64,000 bases of DNA. Source: Nitrospinaceae bacterium. GTDB lineage: Bacteria > Nitrospinota > Nitrospinia > Nitrospinales > Nitrospinaceae. Every line of letters begins with the position of its first letter. Within the stretch, counting starts at the first letter, position 1. The position numbers and the translations under genes were made by a program. The notes below the pieces were generated by a model that worked only from the letters and a program-made list of their open reading frames with translations, was not told the origin of the DNA and did no database searches. Location: contig OZ250172.1 of NCBI GenBank assembly GCA_965237905.1, forward strand, positions 1,440,001-1,504,000, in the 5' to 3' direction. Shown in pieces: positions 32,470 through 41,655 of the stretch.

Positions 32470-33954
32470 ATGAACACACTGGAAAATTTCGATTGGGCCC
32501 ATTCCTTTTTTGAATTGGGGCCGGATTTTTTTGAGGCCAAAGCACCCGTTCCCGTGGCGGCCCCCTATCTCATCGATGGCAACCCTGATGCAGCGGCGCT
32601 CATCGGGTTGGACCCGGCGGAATTCGAGCGCAAAGAATTTGTCGAATATTTTTCCGGCAACCTCCCCATGCCGGGAACGCAACCGCTGGCAATGGATTAC
32701 TCCGGACATCAATTCGGATCGTACAATCCGCGCCTGGGAGACGGGCGGGGTCTCCTGCTGGGCGCTCTCGGAAACGGATCGGGACGCCCTTGGGACGTCT
32801 ACCTGAAAGGTTGCGGTCCGACACGATTCGCCCGCGGGTTCGATGGCCGCGCCACTCTACGCGCCTCCATCCGGGAATACCTGGGCGGCGAGGCGGTGCA
32901 TGGGCTGGGCATCCCGACGACGCGGTCGCTGGCGGTGATCGGCATCGGTGAACTGGTATACCGGGAGACGCCGCAACCGGGCGCTCTGCTGGTGCGGTTG
33001 AGTGACACGCATGTCCGATTCGGCAGTTTCGAAAATTTTCACTACACCAACCGCCCGGAAGCCGTCACCCGATTGGCCGACTTTGTGATCCAACATCATT
33101 ACCCTGAAATCGAAAACGAAGCCAACAAATATCAACTGCTGTTCCGAAGCGTAATGCACAAAACGGCGCGGCTGATCGCCTTATGGCAATCGGTGGGATT
33201 CATCCACGGCGTGATGAATACCGACAACATGACCCTCACCGGCGCAACGTTCGACTACGGCCCCTTCGGATTCATGGACCGGTTCAATCCCGACTTCACC
33301 CCCAACCATACCGACGGGCACGGCCGCTATGCGTTCGGGCGGCAGGCGGAAATCGGCCACTGGAATCTCGCCAAGCTGGGTGAAACGCTGACGCATTTGA
33401 TCACACCGGAAATCATCACCCAGGAATTGGAACAATACCAGCCGACGTTCAATCGAATTTACAATGAGCTCATGGGCCAAAAGCTGGGCCTCGAGATTTT
33501 GGACTCGGAGTTCACCACCCTGGTGGGAATCCTGTTCCATGTCCTTTATCAAAACCAGGTGGACTACACCCTGTTCTTTCGGAACCTGTCCGCTTTTCCG
33601 GGGGAAGTGCCGGCGACCCTGCGACGGGGATTCAACAATCCCAAAGACCTCGATTCCTGGCTGGATATGTACCGTAAGTTGATCGAGCGGGAAGACCCCG
33701 ACCTCGATGAAAGAAAAGAAGCCATGAACCGGATCAATCCCAAGTTCATCCTGAGAAATTATCTGTTGGAACGTGCCATCAACAAAGCATTGAAGCAAGC
33801 CGATTACTCGGAAGTGGAACGACTGCGCATTCTCCTGCAGGACCCTTACAACGATCGGCCCGAAATTTTTAGCCAGTACGGCATCGATCCCGAATTGTAT
33901 GCCGCCGAAACCCCGGAATCGCACATGGAAATGCGCCTCAGTTGCTCCGCCTAA
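32470..33954 (+). CDS. selO: Protein adenylyltransferase SelO (YdiU family)
   Basis: YSGHQFG, LGDGRG, LKGCGPT, DGRATLR, GFIHGVMNTDN, DYGPFGF, C-terminal SCSA. Confidence 0.95.
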   Translation: MNTLENFDWAHSFFELGPDFFEAKAPVPVAAPYLIDGNPDAAALIGLDPAEFERKEFVEYFSGNLPMPGTQPLAMDYSGHQFGSYNPRLGDGRGLLLGALGNGSGRPWDVYLKGCGPTRFARGFDGRATLRASIREYLGGEAVHGLGIPTTRSLAVIGIGELVYRETPQPGALLVRLSDTHVRFGSFENFHYTNRPEAVTRLADFVIQHHYPEIENEANKYQLLFRSVMHKTARLIALWQSVGFIHGVMNTDNMTLTGATFDYGPFGFMDRFNPDFTPNHTDGHGRYAFGRQAEIGHWNLAKLGETLTHLITPEIITQELEQYQPTFNRIYNELMGQKLGLEILDSEFTTLVGILFHVLYQNQVDYTLFFRNLSAFPGEVPATLRRGFNNPKDLDSWLDMYRKLIEREDPDLDERKEAMNRINPKFILRNYLLERAINKALKQADYSEVERLRILLQDPYNDRPEIFSQYGIDPELYAAETPESHMEMRLSCSA

Positions 33955-33979
33955 CCGGACTACGTCCGGAGGAAACTTT

Positions 33980-34013
33980 TCCCCCTTGTAAAGGGGGCCG
34001 GGGGGATTCTTCC
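33980..34013 (-). repeat. REP-like palindromic intergenic repeat, copy 1
   Basis: Reverse complement GGAAGAATCCCCCCGGCCCCCTTTACAAGGGGGA nearly matches 46394-46428. Confidence 0.7.
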
Positions 34014-34101
34014 GCATTGTTACCCTGAGCTTGTCGAAGGGGGCGTCCTGATTTAAAATAATGGGAGAGATTCAATACTATGGTTTGCCGGGAGAACCCA
34101 C

Positions 34102-34758
34102 ATGAATGAAGCTTTCAATCCGTCACGCAGAAGCTTTGTGAAAAGCTCTCTTGCGTTGGGGACGTTAATGGCCGCCGAATTTTTAAAACCCGCATCCGTA
34201 CTCGCGGCTTGTGCCCCCACGCCACCGGAAACCGAGGGACCGTTTTATCCTCTCAACTTTCCATTGGACAATGATAACGATCTTACATTCTTAAAGAATC
34301 AATCCCAAAAAGCGCAAGGAGAAGTCATCTGGGTCCAGGGCCGGGTTCAGGACGAAGCCTGTCAACCGGTTCCCGGAGCTTTGGTGGAAATCTGGCAGGC
34401 GTGTACTACGGGACGATACAATCATCCGGGCGACCGTAATCCCGCGAAACTGGACCCGAACTTTCAATACTGGGGAAAAGCCATCACCAATGAAAAGGGG
34501 GAATACGGATTTAAAACCATCAAGCCGGGCTCCTATCCGGCCAGCCGGTTTTGGACCCGCCCGCCCCATATCCACTTTAAGATACACTCACGCAGTCACT
34601 CCGAGTTGACCACTCAAATGTATTTTGCCGGAGAACCGCTCAATCACAAAGACCGGCTGTTCCGGGACCACCCTCCGGAAGAACAAGCGCAATGCCTCGT
34701 CTCCTTCCGCAAGGTGAAGAATGTTCCTGTAGGAACCTTCAATCTAACTTTGAAATAA
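34102..34758 (+). CDS. Tat-exported intradiol ring-cleavage dioxygenase-like protein
   Basis: SRRSFVK twin-arginine signal, TEGPFYP, VEIWQAC..GRY, TIKPGSY, RPPHIHF, LTTQMYF. Confidence 0.88.
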   Translation: MNEAFNPSRRSFVKSSLALGTLMAAEFLKPASVLAACAPTPPETEGPFYPLNFPLDNDNDLTFLKNQSQKAQGEVIWVQGRVQDEACQPVPGALVEIWQACTTGRYNHPGDRNPAKLDPNFQYWGKAITNEKGEYGFKTIKPGSYPASRFWTRPPHIHFKIHSRSHSELTTQMYFAGEPLNHKDRLFRDHPPEEQAQCLVSFRKVKNVPVGTFNLTLK

Positions 34759-34832
34759 TTGCAGTGAAGAGGCGGTGGGCGAAGCTGATACGCCAAAGAC
34801 AGAATCCCTGCCACCCTACCAGAAAAACTGGT

Positions 34833-36808
34833 TCAGGAAGGGCTTTGAAGCCAGGATTGGATTTCGGTCTTGAGACGAGCTTCTTCCTCTGAGGTGATGC
34901 CTTGGGGATCGAACCGTTGCCGATTGTGAAGCGCAATGACCTCCGCCAACCCGTTAACGGGGGCTTCCGGATGTTCGCGGTGGATGCGACGCAACCAATG
35001 GGAATAAGTTTCCCATTCCTCCCGCGCGAATCCCAATTGATTGAGTTTGTTCTCGATCAAATTAAAATCCGATGCCATCACCCGGTACAGGGGGATGGAA
35101 GAAGTTTTACCTGTTTGCGCCCTCTGCCTGGCCCGCCGCGTCCGTGAAACAATACGCCAGACTAAAAACAGGATGGGAGGGATGAGTATCCACACCAGGT
35201 ATTGCCGGAAGCCCTCATCTTCCGTTCCCCACCGGAAATGGGAAAACCATAATCCCAGTTGTGACCAGACATCGGAAATCACTTCAAGCGGTGAAGCCTC
35301 TTCCTCCTGCCGGTCAATCCAGGTCGAGGGCGTGGTGTCGAAGTTCTGCCATTGGCCGTTGACGTAGGCGATGACCCAGGAATGCGCGTCGCGCGACCGG
35401 ACCACCAGATTTTCCTGTATCCAGTTGTACTCGTGCGCGGAATAGCCGAAAGCATAACGCGCCGGGATTCCCGCCTGCCGTAACAGCAAAACCGTCGCTG
35501 TCGCAAAATATTCACAGTGGCCTTTGCGGGTCCGCGTTAAAAAATCTACCAGCGGTGGGACATTATTATTCTCACGGATCAGTTTCAGCGAATAGGAGAA
35601 ATTATCTTCAAAGTATTGGTCGACGGTTTTTAAAATCTCGCCGGGAGGTTTGCGGGCCAGTTTCAGGTTATGAACAATATTCCGGAGAACCGGTTGCAGT
35701 TTCCACGGAACTTTCAAATCCCCATCTTTGGGCGCTGCGTTGCGGGAAACGCTGGGATGCACGGCCACCTGGTACTCGATAAACTCCGGACCTTTTTCCA
35801 CCTGGACAGCGCCCAATGGGTTGTATTTCAGATTCAGGACTGGCAGGTTTGTAAACTGAAACGTCTGATTGGGGCAAGGAGCATTCCCTTGCCCTTATTG
35901 AGATCCATCGACACCCGGATTATTTTTTCCGCCTCAAGATTTTTCTCAAATGTCCATTGATCTTCCGAGGATGAGGTGAGGTTTATGAATTTCGATTGCA
36001 CGGCATACCAGACGGAATCTTTATAAACATTATAAGTGGACTGAGGCAGAAGCGTTTTCTTGAGGTGGCCTTTCTCATAGTCGACATAAAAAAGAATGGC
36101 ATCGTCCATTTTGAGTTCCACAATTTCACCGATCGCCGTTCGCGCCCAGAAGGGGCTCTGATCGCCTTGAAATCGCTTGGACAGCCAATCGATCACCTGC
36201 GCGTCGACATAGTTTCTCAATTTGAACAATCCCTGCCCTCCCCAAAATCCGATCAGGACAATAAGACTTAATGAGGCGGACCAGGTGATCCAGGAAAACC
36301 GTCTGGAACGTACGCCCCAGAGAGCCCAGGAGGACAGCAGGCACATGCCCCAATAAAACCACATATTCTTTACGCCAACCGCACACGCGGCTAATATACA
36401 AACGACTAAATAGGGATAGAGACTGTCCATCGTTTTGACGGGTGAATCATTGTTCGGGCTCTCTTTTTCCCGGTAAAAAATTTTGAAGCTAACCGTCGGA
36501 ATTTTACCTTCCGCACTGTATAACTGGGCAGCCACCATCGGTGCGAGCACCAGGGGAATCCATTGCAGAACCACGTAGATGGACCCCAGACCTTTATTGG
36601 AAATATAAATGGTGACGATGAGAATGACAAAAGCCAACAGGCACAAGTTCCAAACGCGATGGAATTCCAGAGCGGATAATTCAAAACGAGGAGACAGAAA
36701 ACGAGAGCCCTCCAGAGTCAGCGCCAGAAATGTTGCAAAGATTATTTGATCCGCCTGCCAGCCCCAGAACAGCAAGGCCATCGCCAAAAGAAGAGGAGGA
36801 GTTTTCAT
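34833..36808 (-). pseudogene. Membrane transglutaminase-like domain protein split by a 1-nt frameshift near 35871-35874
   Basis: TM-rich N-part (35834..36808) continues in another frame into the TGase core (GHCEYFA, DAHSWV, DTTP); last gene of a MoxR-DUF58 operon. Confidence 0.8.
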
Positions 36809-38154
36809 AGGCTCTTCAGTCCTTCTTCAATGTGACCCACTGCCAGCACATGAAAGTGATCGGCCTGATTTTTCATGGGTCCCGGATCGATTTCCAACTC
36901 TTCTCCATTCTCTACAATCACGAAAACCTTCAAAGGAACATTGAGGGACTGGAGGTGGCCGACCAGTTGTTGCCGCGGTTCGTCCCAGCTCAAAAAGACG
37001 CAGATACTCCCGCTTAACAGAGCGGAGCGCGACATGACGAGTCTGCTCAGGACGTCAAACGATTGATCCTTGCTATTTTTCACGCTGGCCAGGATTTCCA
37101 GAATCTTATCCGTATGCCCCAGGCTTCGCCCGGTGGTGAAGCAATAGGACTCCGTTCCCACAAACATCAGGTCGAGCAGGGATTCACCCAGATCGATATT
37201 GGCAGAGAAAGAGGCCGCCACTGAAACCGCCTCTTCAAATACAGGAGAATTGGTCGGCGTGAACGTATCCAGAATGAGTGCGTAGCGCGAAAGATATTCA
37301 TTCTGATACTGCTTGACCACCGGTTGTCCCACCTTGGCCCAGCTTTTCCAGTGAATCGTGCGCAAGGGATCTCCCGGCCGGTAATCCCGCAGTGAAACAA
37401 ATTCTTCCGAGTCGCCAACGTGAGAAGCCAGCGCAACGCCTTTCTGGTTATGCTTGCGGCTACCGAGGAATGGCAAGTCTGGAGTTCTGTACATTTTAGG
37501 AATCACCAAAAGGGACTCCTCGCAAGGGACCGTGACGGCGGAACGGTATAGGCCCAGCGGATCCGGGCGGATAATGTCCATACCAATCAACCGCATGTAA
37601 CCTCTTTTTAAAGGAGTGAAGGTATTTTCGATTTCCAATTTTTTTTGCGGGAGCAGGTCGGGCAGGTTTTTATCCGGGATATCCGCACTGACTTCCTTAA
37701 ACAATTGTATGCGTAGAACGTCCTGCTCCATGATTTGCCGGATTTTGTTCCTGCCGGGCTGCGGAGACAATGTCAGGAGCTTGAATTGTGCAAACGAAGG
37801 TCTGGTGTCCTTCAATTTTTCGACAAGGGTCAATCCGGTTTGGAGTTTTCCCGTCTGGTTTTCAATGAAACATTTATAGGAAACCGGTTGTCCAACGGTG
37901 ACTATTCGCGGAAGCCGGCGTTGCACTCGTATTCGGACGGAAAAAAAATAACTGCAGGCCAGCGCAAATAAAGAAATCAGAAACAGGAAAGGGGCGATCT
38001 GGTAGGCGAGAGTTTTGTTGGGGGTCCAGGCCAGCGATCCGGTAAACATAAGACTCAGCACGACCAGTTTTCCGGCCGGAGTCAGCCGGGACTTGATCCA
38101 CCCGACCAGCGAATAATACCCGCGCATAAAACGGTACTGAATGCGATCATACAT
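36805..38154 (-). CDS. DUF58 domain protein
   Basis: DPLGLY, EEFVSLRDYRPGDPLRTIHWKSWAK, FEEAVSVAAS. Confidence 0.9.
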   Translation of the reverse strand: MYDRIQYRFMRGYYSLVGWIKSRLTPAGKLVVLSLMFTGSLAWTPNKTLAYQIAPFLFLISLFALACSYFFSVRIRVQRRLPRIVTVGQPVSYKCFIENQTGKLQTGLTLVEKLKDTRPSFAQFKLLTLSPQPGRNKIRQIMEQDVLRIQLFKEVSADIPDKNLPDLLPQKKLEIENTFTPLKRGYMRLIGMDIIRPDPLGLYRSAVTVPCEESLLVIPKMYRTPDLPFLGSRKHNQKGVALASHVGDSEEFVSLRDYRPGDPLRTIHWKSWAKVGQPVVKQYQNEYLSRYALILDTFTPTNSPVFEEAVSVAASFSANIDLGESLLDLMFVGTESYCFTTGRSLGHTDKILEILASVKNSKDQSFDVLSRLVMSRSALLSGSICVFLSWDEPRQQLVGHLQSLNVPLKVFVIVENGEELEIDPGPMKNQADHFHVLAVGHIEEGLKSL

Positions 38155-38191
38155 AATACCTTCTTGATCCGTCTTGAACGGTCGGCGACCC

Positions 38192-39142
38192 TCAGGCGGG
38201 CGAGGGCACGGTTTTTAAAATATTTTCGACGGCTCCCACGGCGGTAACGCCTGAATATTTCGCCTGGGCATCCATGACCAGCCGATGCGCCACGGCGGAT
38301 ACGGCGAGCTCTTGCACGTGATCGGGCGTTACAAATTCCTTGCCTTCCGCCAAAGCCATCGCTTGCGCCGCCTTCATCAACACCAAAGAAGCGCGGGGAC
38401 TGGCACCCATTTGCACACCTTCCGCGCCGCGCGTGGCGGAAATCAATTCGACGATATACCGTTTGATGTCCTCGCTGACCCGCACGCTCTTGGCCTGTTG
38501 TTTGAGATCGAAAATCTGAGGAAGGGACACACAACTTTTTAGGTTCGCCAGCGGGTGTTGTTCAATCTGATCTCCCAGGATTTGGGCTTCCTCTTCGGGC
38601 GAAACATAGCCCAGGCCGAAATGAAAACCAAAGCGGTCCATCTGCGCTTCCGGCAAAGGATAAGTGCCGGCGCTTTCGACCGGGTTCTGGGTAGCAATGA
38701 CGAAAAACAAATCTCCCAGGTTGCACATCTTGCCTTCAATGGTCACGCTGCCTTCCCCCATGGCCTCCAGCAGGGCCGATTGCGTCCGGGGCGAAGCACG
38801 GTTGATCTCATCGGCCAGCAGAATATTCGTAAAAACCGGCCCCTCATGAAAATGAAATTTCTGATCGCTTTGATCGAACACCGAAACGCCCGTGATGTCC
38901 GACGGCAGAAGGTCGGGGGTGAATTGCAGTCGCGTGAACTTGACGTCAATCGACAGCGCCAGGGCCTTGGCCAATGTGGTCTTGCCGGTGCCGGGATTGT
39001 CCTCCAACAGAACATGGCCGCCGCTGATCAAAGCAATCAACAGTTTCTGAATGGAATGCGTCTGCCCTCGGATCACCGTTTCAATATTGGCGACAATTTT
39101 TTGAACCAACTCCTGGGCCATAGGCATTGTGTCTGTTTTCAT
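38192..39142 (-). CDS. MoxR-family AAA+ ATPase
   Basis: GHVLLEDNPGTGKT, RLQFTPDLLPSD, LLADEINRASPRTQSALLEAM, GTYPLPEAQMDRF. Confidence 0.95.
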   Translation of the reverse strand: MKTDTMPMAQELVQKIVANIETVIRGQTHSIQKLLIALISGGHVLLEDNPGTGKTTLAKALALSIDVKFTRLQFTPDLLPSDITGVSVFDQSDQKFHFHEGPVFTNILLADEINRASPRTQSALLEAMGEGSVTIEGKMCNLGDLFFVIATQNPVESAGTYPLPEAQMDRFGFHFGLGYVSPEEEAQILGDQIEQHPLANLKSCVSLPQIFDLKQQAKSVRVSEDIKRYIVELISATRGAEGVQMGASPRASLVLMKAAQAMALAEGKEFVTPDHVQELAVSAVAHRLVMDAQAKYSGVTAVGAVENILKTVPSPA

Positions 39143-39333
39143 AGAATCCTTCCGCTGGAAAACACAAATCGGCTCGCCGCCTTTTCAAAATCCATAAGCC
39201 ACCACTTAATATAATGATGCTTTTAGTGTAAGGGGTTCGACCGGGCGGGTCAATTCAGGATAGGTCCAAATGGGTCCGGGAATTATTGCCCCAGCCCTTT
39301 TAGAGGTGCAAAGTGATATCCTATTATCAGTGA

Positions 39334-39537
39334 ATGAGTCGGCTATCCACCCAAATAAGTGTGGTCGCCGTGGTGCCGTTGATCAATGCCGGACACACCG
39401 GCGGGGAGCTGGTCTACAAGTATGGCGCGGCGATGGCTCACCTGTCGCCGGAACACAAAACCGCGATCCAGTCCGGAAAGATTCTGGAACCCCCTGAAAA
39501 GGGAGAACACGAAAATGACCACGATAAAGACGATTGA
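39334..39537 (+). pseudogene. Probable C-terminal remnant of a DUF2231-like membrane protein
   Basis: GHTGGELVYKYG motif and His/acidic tail, without the preceding TM helices. Confidence 0.45.
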
Positions 39538-39605
39538 GAACAAACTGTCGTGTGAGCAGGTGGGTTATCGACTACCACGCTAAACTTTCCCGCCACATGT
39601 GATTC

Positions 39606-40151
39606 TTATTTAAACGAGGTTTTGAACAAGTCGGCAATGGCTTGTTTGCCGGCATCGTTGAGGAAACGGGTGCCGGTGCCGGCGATGTGCCGTTTCTGGA
39701 TTTTAGGATTGCCTTTCTCCCATTTGTCTCCGTTCCACCAGTGCCATTGCTTTTCATCCTGATCGAACACGTGCAGAGGTTTGTTGCACAGCTTGGCGAA
39801 TTCCGCGCCCCAGCCGGTGCCGCCTTTGACCGTATCGTCTTCCAGAATTTTACCGACGACAAAGACTTCTTCTGCGCTGTTGATCTGGTGCCAGATGCAC
39901 TGCAGAACTTTCTTCAAGAGCGGTCCCTGGGTATAGGACCGGTGCATCAGTTTGGAAACGTAGGACAGGCTGACATCGCCATGCAATAATTCTTCCTGGG
40001 TCAAGTGACGCAGGCCGCGCTGGCGGGCGTCCTGATGCCCCTCGAAGGTGAAATTGACTTCTTCCATCCCGGCCTTTTCGGCCGCCGCACCGAATTCCGC
40101 TTCGGCCCCCTTTGCCCCGCCGCTGAATAACGTACACTCTTCCGCTTTCAT
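39606..40151 (-). CDS. Conserved hypothetical protein, probable SLOG (DprA/molybdenum-carrier-like) fold
   Basis: SGGAKGAE and GGTGWGAE Gly-rich motifs, IAGTGTR; GAGGAG RBS. Confidence 0.65.
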   Translation of the reverse strand: MKAEECTLFSGGAKGAEAEFGAAAEKAGMEEVNFTFEGHQDARQRGLRHLTQEELLHGDVSLSYVSKLMHRSYTQGPLLKKVLQCIWHQINSAEEVFVVGKILEDDTVKGGTGWGAEFAKLCNKPLHVFDQDEKQWHWWNGDKWEKGNPKIQKRHIAGTGTRFLNDAGKQAIADLFKTSFK

Positions 40152-40351
40152 GCCATTCTCCTCAATGCCGCCGGGAAATCTTCCCGCGGGAATCTTTAAT
40201 GTGAGTTACTAAGTTAGGGGAAAATCTCCCTCAGATCAAGTTGATATCGATGAATTGTCTTCGTAGGCTCAAAAAACTGGAGAATATTCCCGTTTCCCTT
40301 TAAACTGGATACTCGGAGTCGGTTAACGGCCAATTTGGAAATCTTCCAAAT

Positions 40352-40501
40352 GGGTACCGGGTCAGCCTCTCCGCTTGGTCTGAACAACCTTGGGTTCAAT
40401 TCCCACGAGGATCAAGTCCGGGAGGCCGGCGATTTCCGCACCACCGGCCCGGCCCTGCGGGTTAAGACCCCCGCCGGTTCGTTGGGGCCTCCCGGTTTGA
40501 T
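40352..40501 (+). ncRNA. Putative structured, tRNA-like RNA in the leader of the slipin gene
   Basis: T-arm TGGG-TTCAATT-CCCA (40391-40405), 7-nt loop arm GGT-CTGAACA-ACC, closing CCTC/GAGG, then a long stem 40411-40427/40486-40501. Confidence 0.55.
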
Positions 40502-40523
40502 TCCAAATTTCAGGAGAAGGATT

Positions 40524-41291
40524 ATGGATTTTTGGATGTTACTGGCTGGCATCATTTTCGGTTTTTTGGGTATTTATATATTCAGAAAAACCTTCAAGAA
40601 AATTGTGATCAGGGAATATGAATCCGGAATGCTTTACAAAAACGGAAAATTCAAAAAATTATTAGGCGCCGGTCGATTCTGGATCAACGGTTGGAGCACC
40701 GAGATTACCCGCGTTGACAGCAGACTTAAAACCGAGACCATCCCCGGACAGGAAGTGTTGACGCAAGATCAGGTCGGCCTGAAAGTCAGCATTGGTATTC
40801 AATACCAAATAGAAAATCCGGAAAAGGCGCTCCATATTTCTGAGTCTTATTATAGCGATCTTTATCAAACCGCACAGTTAGCCCTTCGGTCGATTGTGGG
40901 GAATCAAAAAATTGAGGAGTTGTTGGAAAATCGTTCCGCGATAGGCACCGCCCTTTTGGAAATGGTTGTGCCGGACGCCGAAAAAATCGGATTAAAAATT
41001 CACAGGATCGACGTCAAGGACATCATGTTCCCCGGTGATTTGAAAAAGATTTTTGCCGAGGAAGTAAAAGCCCGCAAAGAGTCACAAGCGGCGGTGGAAC
41101 GCGCGCGTGGTGAATCCGCCTCTTTGCGGAACCTGGCCAACGCCGCTAAGATGCTAGAGAACAATCCCGCCCTCATGGATTTACGGGTTCTGCAAGCATT
41201 GTCCAGCAGTGGTGACAATGGCGGGAATATTTTTATCACCCGCCTGCCCCGTGGTATGGGTAAAAAAGACAACTCTTCATCTGATTCTTAA
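40524..41291 (+). CDS. Slipin / SPFH (band 7) family protein
   Basis: From ATG 40524 (AGGAG RBS): TM anchor, QEVLTQDQVGLKV, VKDIMFPGDLK, ERARGESASLRNLANAAKMLENNPALM. Confidence 0.9.
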   Translation: MDFWMLLAGIIFGFLGIYIFRKTFKKIVIREYESGMLYKNGKFKKLLGAGRFWINGWSTEITRVDSRLKTETIPGQEVLTQDQVGLKVSIGIQYQIENPEKALHISESYYSDLYQTAQLALRSIVGNQKIEELLENRSAIGTALLEMVVPDAEKIGLKIHRIDVKDIMFPGDLKKIFAEEVKARKESQAAVERARGESASLRNLANAAKMLENNPALMDLRVLQALSSSGDNGGNIFITRLPRGMGKKDNSSSDS

Positions 41292-41296
41292 ATTTG

Positions 41297-41635
41297 TTAG
41301 TCCTTCTCCGCGCAGGGGACGCAGAGGGTGGCTTCGGGCATGAGGACAATACGGCCGGGCGGGATGGGGGTGTCACAACCCACGCAGAGTCCAAAATCGG
41401 GTTGATCCACTTTGCCGAGCGCCGTTTCCAACCGGGACAGTTTGTGCCGGGCGGCGTTGAGCGAGGCTTCACTGACGGCGCGGTCGTTCAATGCCTCCAT
41501 GCGGGAGAGTCGCCCAATGGCATTGTCCGGCGCAACCGGCTTCGAGGTTTCGGCCAGACTGGCGATCAGTGTCTTCTGCGCCTCGATGGCCTCCTCAATA
41601 TTTTGCTTCAACTCTCGTCTCTCTACTGTATTCAT
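41297..41635 (-). CDS. TraR/DksA C4-type zinc finger protein
   Basis: PDNAIGRLSRMEA, FGLCVGCDTPIPPGRI...LCVPCA. Confidence 0.9.
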   Translation of the reverse strand: MNTVERRELKQNIEEAIEAQKTLIASLAETSKPVAPDNAIGRLSRMEALNDRAVSEASLNAARHKLSRLETALGKVDQPDFGLCVGCDTPIPPGRIVLMPEATLCVPCAEKD

Positions 41636-41655
41636 ACTGGAATTGTACTCTTCAT

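Noticed and set aside
33940..33954. Possible selenocysteine at the SelO C-terminus
   Set aside because: The protein ends SCSA with TAA; there is no in-frame TGA.
40335..40523. 63-aa N-terminal extension of the slipin ORF from a TTG start
   Set aside because: A strong RBS precedes ATG 40524, and the upstream region is better explained as structured RNA.
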